Assembly (NCBI GenBank): GCA_032718475.1
Contig: JAUCBJ010000300.1
Location: 1 to 39,392, forward strand
Reading direction: 5' to 3'
Length of the DNA: 39,392 nucleotides
Source of the DNA: Nemertoderma westbladi
Lineage: Eukaryota > Animalia > Xenacoelomorpha
Below, piece after piece: positions 33,317 to 39,392 of the stretch. Made by a program: the position numbers and the translations under genes. The notes below the pieces were generated by a model. That model did no database searches, had not been told where the DNA came from, and was given only the letters and a program-made list of their open reading frames with translations. Numbering within the stretch: the first letter of the stretch is position 1; each line of letters starts with the position of its first letter.

Positions 33317-36300
33317 GAAACCGGTTGAGGGGCGCTGTGGATCCTTTAGAAGATAAAGTGGCCCTCGATATTGGAAACCGGGTGAGGGGTGCTGTGGGTC
33401 CTTTAGGAGACAAAGTGGCCCTCGGTATTGGAAACCGGGTGAGGGGTACTGTACCACAAGCCGGCACAGCATTCTTAAAAATGCAGCTGCAATGCAGCAT
33501 GCCGATCCTAGTAGTAGAGGGGTACTGTGGATCCTTTAGGAGACAATGGTAGCCCTCGGTATTGGAAACCGGATGAGGGGTGCTGTAGATCCTTTAGGAG
33601 ACAAGTGGCCCTCGGTAGTGGAAACCGGGTGAGGGGTACTGTGGATCCTTTAGGAGACAAAGTAGCCTCGGTATTGGAAACCGGGTGAGGGGTGCTGTAG
33701 ATCCTTTAGGAGACAAAGTGGCCCTCGGTATTGGAAACCGGTTGAGGGGTGCTGTGGATCCTTTAGGAGACAAAGTGGCCCTCGGTATTGGAAACCGGGT
33801 GAGGGGTGCTGTGGATCCTTTAGGAGACAAAGTGGCCCTCGGTATTGGAAACCGGGTGAGGGGTGCTGTGGGTCCTTTAGGAGACAAAGTGGCCTTCGGT
33901 ATTGGAAACAGGGTGAGGGGTGCTGTAGGTCCTTTAGGAGACAAAGTGGCCTTCGGTATTGGAAACCGGGTGAGGGGTGCTGTGGATCCCTTAGGAGACA
34001 AAGTGGCCCTCGGTATTGGAAACCGGCTGAGGGGTACTGTGGATCCTGTAGGAGACAAAGTGGCCCTCGGTATTGGAAACCGGGTGAGGGGTGCTGTGAG
34101 TCGTTTAGGAGACAAAGTGGCCCTCGATATTGGAAACCGGGTGAGGGGTGCTGTGGATCCTTTAGGAGACAAAGTGTCCTTCGGTATTGGAAACCGGGTG
34201 AGGGGTGCTGTGGATCCTTTAGGAGACAAAGTGTCCCTCAGTATTGGAAACCGGTTGAGGGGTGCTGTGGGTCCTTTAGGAGACAAAGTGGCCTTCGGTA
34301 TTGGAAACCGGGTGAGGGGTGCTGTGGATCCCTTAGGAGACAAAGTGGCCCTCGGTATTGGAAACCGGTTGAGGGGTACTGTGGATCCTGTAGGAGACAA
34401 AGTGGCCCTCGGTATTGGAAACCGGGTGAGGGGTGCTGTGAGTCGTTTAGGAGACAAAGTGGCCCTCGATATTGGAAACCGGGTGAGGGGTGCTGTGGAT
34501 CCTTTAGGAGACAAAGTGTCCTTCGGTATTGGAAACCGGGTGAGGGGTGCTGTGGATCCTTTAGGAAATAAAGTGACCCTCGGTATTTGAAACCGGGTGA
34601 GGGGTGCTGTGGATCCTTTAGGAGACAAAGTGGCCATCGGTATTGGAAACCGGGTGAGGGGTGGTGTGGATCATGTAGGAGACAAAGTGGCCCTCGGTAT
34701 TGGAAACCGGGTGAGGGGTACTGTGGATCCTTTAGGAGACAAAGTGGCCCTCGGTATTGGAAACCGGGTGAGGGGTACTGTGGATCCTGTAGGAGACAAA
34801 GTGGCCCTCGGTATTTGAAACCGGGTGAGGGGTGCTGTGGGTCCATTAGGAGACAAAGTGTCCTTCGGTATTGGACACCGGGTGAGGGGTGATGTGGATC
34901 CTTTAGGAGACAAAGTGGCCCTCGGTATTGGAAACCGGTTGAGGGGTACTGTGGATCCTGTAGGAGACAAAGTGGCCCTCGGTATTGGAAACCGGTTGAG
35001 GGGTGCTGTGGATCCTTTAGGAGACAAAGTGGCCCTCGGTATTGGAAACCGGGTGAGGGGTGCTGTGGATCCTTTAGGAGACAAAGTGGCCATCGGTATT
35101 AGAAACCGGTTGAGGGGTGCTGTGAATCCTTTAGGAGACAAAGTGGCCCTCGGTATTGGAAACCGGTTGAGGGGTGCTGTGGATCCTTTAGGAGACAAAC
35201 TGGCCCTCGGTATTGGAAACCGGGTGAGGGGTGCTGTGGATCCTGTAGGAGACAAAGTGGCCCTCGGTATTGGAAACCGGGTGAGGGGTGCTGTGAGTCG
35301 TTTAGGAGACAAAGTGGCCTTCGATATTGGAAACCGGGTGAGGGGTGCTGTGGATCCTTTAGGAGACAAAGTGTCCTTCGGTATTGGAAACCGGGTGAGG
35401 GGTGCTGTGGATCCTTTAGGAGACAAAGTGGCCCTCGGTATTGGAAACCGGTTGAGGGGTACTGTGGATCCTGTAGGAGACAAAGTGGCCCTCGGTATTG
35501 GAAACCGGATGAGGGGTGCTGTGAGTCGTTTAGGAGACAAAGTGGCCCTCGATATTGGAAACCGGTTGAGGGGTACTGTGGGTCCATTAGGAGACAAAGT
35601 GTCCTTCGGTATTGGACACCGGGTGAGGGGTGCTGTGGATCCTTTAGGAGACAAAGTGGCCCTCGGTATTGGAAACCGGTTGAGGGGTACTTTGGATCCT
35701 GTAGGAGACAAAGTGGCCCTCGGTATTGGAAACCGGGTGAGGGGGCTGTGGATCCTTTAGGAGACAAAGTGTCCTTCGGTATTGGAAACCGGGTGAGGGG
35801 TGCTGTGGATCCTTTAGGAGACAAAGTGGCCCTTGGTATTGGAAACCGGTTGAGGGGTACTGTGGATCCTGTAGGAGACAAAGTGTCCTTCGGTATTGGA
35901 AACCGCGTGAGGGGTGCTGTGGGTCCTTTAGGAGACAAAGTGGCCCTCGGTATTGGAAACCGGGTGAGGGGTGCTGTGGATCCTTTAGGAGACAAAGTGT
36001 CCTTCGGTATTGGAAACCGGGTGAGGGGTGCTGTGGATCCTTTAGGAGACAAAGTGGCCCTCGGTATTGGAAACCGGTTGAGGGGTACTGTTGATCCCGT
36101 AGGAGACAAAGTGGCCCTCGGTATTGGAAACCGGGTGAGGGGTGCTGTGGGTCCTTTAGGAGACAAAGTGTCCTTCGGTACAGTATTGGAAACCGGGTGA
36201 GGGGTGCTGTGGTTCCTTTAGGAGACAAAGTGGCCCTCGGTATTGGAAACCGGTTGAGGGGTGCTGTGGATCCCGTAGGAGACAAAGTGGCCCTCGGTAT

Positions 36301-38845
36301 TGGAAACCGGGTGAGGGGTGCTGTGGGTCCTTTAGGAGACAAAGTGTCCTTCGGTATTGGAAACCGGGTGAGGGGTGCTGTGGATCCTTTAGGAGACAAA
36401 GTGGCCCTCGGTATGGGAAACCGGTTGAGGGGTACTGTGGATCCTGTAGGAGACAAAGTGGCCCTCGGTATTGGAAACCTGGTGAGGGGTGCTCTGGGTC
36501 CTTTAGGAGACAAAGTGTACTTCGGTATTGGAAACCGGGTGAGGGGTGCTGTGGGTCCTCTAGGAGACAAAGTGGCCCTCGGTATTGGAAACCGGGTGAG
36601 GAATGCTGTGGGTCATTTAGGAGACAAAGTGGCCCTCGGTATTGGGAACCGGGTGAGGGGTGCTGTGGATCCTTTAGGAGACAAAGTGTCCTTCGGTATT
36701 GGAAACCGGGTGAGGGGTGCTGTGGGTCCTTTAGGAGACAAAGTGGCCCTCGGTATTGGAAACCGGGGGAGGGATGCTGTGGGTCATTTAGGAGACAAAG
36801 TGTCCTTCGGTATTGGAAACCGGGTGAGGGGTGCTGTGGGTCCTTTAGGTGACAAAGTGGCCCTCGGTATTGGAAACCGGATGAGGGGTGCTGTGGATCC
36901 TTTGGAGACAAAGTGTCCTTCGGTATTGGAAACCGGATGAGGGGTGCTGTGGATCCTTTGGAGACAAAGTGTCCTTCGGTATTGGAAACCGGGTGAGGGG
37001 TGCTGTGGATCCTTTGGAGACAAAGTGTCCTTCGGTATTGGAAACCGGGTGAGGGGTGCTGTGGATCCTTTAGGTGACAAAGTGGCCCTCGGTATTGGAA
37101 ACCGGGTGAGGGGTGCTGTGGATCCTTTGGAGACAAAGTGTCCTTCGGTATTGGAAACCGGGTGAGGGGTACTGTGGATCCTGTAGGAGACAAAGTGGCC
37201 CTCGGTATTGGAAACCGGGTGAGGGGTGCTGTGGGTCCCTTAGGAGACAAAGTGGCCCTCGGTATTGGAAACCGGGTGAGGGGTGCTGTGGGTCCTTTGG
37301 AGACAAAGTGTCCTTCGGTATTGGAAACCGGGTGAGGGGTGCTGTGGATCCTTTAGGTGACAAAGTGGCCCTCGGTATTGGAAACCGGGTGAGGGGTGCT
37401 GTGGATCCTTTGGAGACAAAGTGTCCTTCGGTATTGGAAACCGGGTGAGGGGTGCTGTGAATCCTTTAGGTGACAAAGTGGCCCTCGGTATTGGAAACCG
37501 GGTGAGGGGTGCTGTGGATCCTTTGGAGACAAAGTGTCCTTCGGTATTGGAAACCGGGTGAGGGGTACTGTGGATCCTGTAGGAGACAAAGTGGCCCTCG
37601 GTATTGGAAACCGGGTGAGGGGTGCTGTGGGTCCCTTAGGAGACAAAGTGGCCCTCGGTATTGGAAACCGGGTGAGGGGTACTGTGGATCCTGTAGGAGA
37701 CAAAGTGGCCCTCGGTATTGGAAACCGGGTGAGGGGTGCTGTGGGTCCCTTAGGAGACAAAGTGGCCCTCGGTATTGGAAACCGGGTGAGGGGTGCTGTG
37801 GATCCTTTAGGAGACAAAGTGGCCCTCGGTATGGGAAACCGGGTGAGGGGTGCTGTGGATCCCTTAGGAGACAAAGTGGCCCTCGGTATTGGAAACCGGG
37901 TGAGGGGTGCTGTGGGTCCTTTTGGAGACAAAGTGGCCCTCGGTATTGGAAACCGGGTGAGGGGTGCTGTGGATCCTTTAGGAGACAAAGTGGCCCTCGG
38001 TATTGGAAACCGGGTGAGGGGTGCTGTGGATCCGGTATTGGAAACCGGGTGAGGGGTGCTGTGGATCCCTTAGGAGACAAAGTGGCCCTCGGTATTGGAA
38101 ACCGGGTGAGGGGTGCTGTGGATCCTTTAGGAGACAAAGTGGCCCTCGGTATTAGAAACCGGTTGAGGGGTGCTGTGCATCCTTTAGGAGACAAATTGTC
38201 CTTCGGTATTGGAAACCGGGTGAGGGGTGCTGTGGGTCCTTTTGGAGACAAAGTGGCCCTCGGTATTGGAAACCGGGTGAGGGGTGCTGTGGATCCTTTA
38301 GGAGACAAAGTGGCCCTCGGTATTGGAAACCGGGTGAGGGGTGCTGTGGATCCCTTAGGAGACAAAGTGGCCCTCGGTATTGGAAACCGGGTGAGGGGTG
38401 CTGTGGGTCCTTTTGGAGACAAAGTGGCCCTCGGTATTGGAAACCGGGTGAGGGGTGCTGTGGATCCTTTAGGAGACAAAGTGGCCCTCGGTATTGGAAA
38501 CCGGGTGAGGGGTGCTGTGGATCCCTTAGGAGACAAAGTGGCCCTCGGTATTGGAAACCGGGTGAGGGGTGCTGTGGGTCCTTTTGGAGACAAAGTGGCC
38601 CTCGGTATTGGAAACCGGGTGAGGGGTGCTGTGGATCCTTTAGGAGACAAAGTGGCCCTCGGTATTGGAAACCGGGTGAGGGGTGCTGTGGATCCCTTAG
38701 GAGACAAAGTGGCCCTCGGTATTAGAAACCGGTTGAGGGGTGCTGTGGATCCTTTTAGGAGACAAAGTGTCCTTCGGTATTGGAAACCGGGTGAGGGGTG
38801 CTGTGGATCCTTTAGGAGACAAAGTGGCCCTCGGTATTGGAAACC
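33317..38845. repeat. 57-bp minisatellite/satellite array, ~95 units; consensus GGTATTGGAAACCGGGTGAGGGGTGCTGTGGATCCTTTAGGAGACAAAGTGGCCCTC
   Basis: Head-to-tail units without spacers, with 56-bp and other indel variants and one ~65-bp unique interruption at ~33452-33516. Confidence 0.97.
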
Positions 38846-39220
38846 TAAAATAAAAGTCAAAGTCAAAAAATAAGTATCTTTAATAACCGGGAGAAATTTC
38901 TATTGCGTTAAATAGAGTAAGTTTCTTTTAAATATTGTAATTTATTTTGTTTAGCTTTGATTTGTTTGTGTTGCTTGTGTGTTTGTTAGTTGGTTAAATT
39001 ACCATGAAAGTTTTTCTATAATGCTATATAAAATCGAATAAAAATTGTAATTATTGTAAGATATTATTGTTTTAGCGCATGAATTTGAGTTTCTATGCTG
39101 TTACATAAACAAACACATTGATAAGAGGCGTATTGTTTTAGACATGTATATCTGGAACGCTATATATTTATATTTAATTGTATTAGCAGCTGTTTCCCGC
39201 AATGCACAGTGCCTAACCAT

Positions 39221-39234
39221 GTTACCATGGTAGC
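39221..39234. promoter_or_regulatory. RFX X-box-like palindrome with a nearby Staf/ZNF143-like motif (39194-39207)
   Basis: GTTACCATGGTAGC is one mismatch from GTTACCATGGTAAC; TTCCCGCAATGCAC lies just upstream. Motif match only. Confidence 0.25.
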
Positions 39235-39392
39235 GAGATTCGACCTATTGTCCTTAGTAGATGCCGCTCCAAAGACTGATTGTGTATTGATTTTCCCAGA
39301 TATACACTACATACATGTTAAATTGAATGTGACTGAATTTCTCATACTGTAGTCACAGTGTTGTAGTTGTCCTTGCTTATATTACTCAGTAC

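Noticed and set aside
33250-33320. Splice acceptor tttctatttccag opening an exon into the satellite
   Set aside because: All three frames hit stops before the array begins.
33317-38845. CRISPR array
   Set aside because: Units are contiguous with no unique spacers, there are no cas genes, and the context is eukaryotic.
33594-38873. Long repeat-protein ORFs (GIGNRVRGAVDPLGDKVAL and other frames)
   Set aside because: A 57-bp unit is open in several frames on both strands by construction. Frequent 1-bp indels and stops break the frames, and there is no credible start or unique domain.

Overview
Eukaryotic (probably invertebrate animal) repeat-dense DNA with no recognisable host gene. It is a nest of defective retrotransposons, all on the + strand. 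(1) 1-4257 is the 3' end of a Bel/Pao-related element (Bel-A), joined to the last 188 bp of a related LTR (4258-4445). (2) A TTAA-flanked segment with long inverted arms (4572-7318) encloses a partial PHD-like ORF. (3) A GC-rich CsRn1-clade Ty3/Gypsy element has 244-bp LTRs, a CCCG target duplication, a tRNA-Trp PBS, a CHCC Gag and a GGGAAAC -1 frameshift signal. (4) Its integrase is split by a 14.6-kb Bel/Pao element (Bel-B, 18227-32825, CAAGG target duplication). (5) An 8.5-kb tandem duplication (4258-12773 / 12774-19174) is joined through a chimeric LTR. (6) A ~5.5-kb 57-bp minisatellite ends in AATAAA plus (AAAGTC)2. The most novel signal is a large, non-env-like third ORF downstream of pol in this Bel/Pao family. 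It can be rebuilt to about 730 codons from complementary deletions in the two copies, shows synonymous divergence and a conserved stop, and lies behind a conserved, apparently structured non-coding spacer. All alignments were done by eye; no searches were run.
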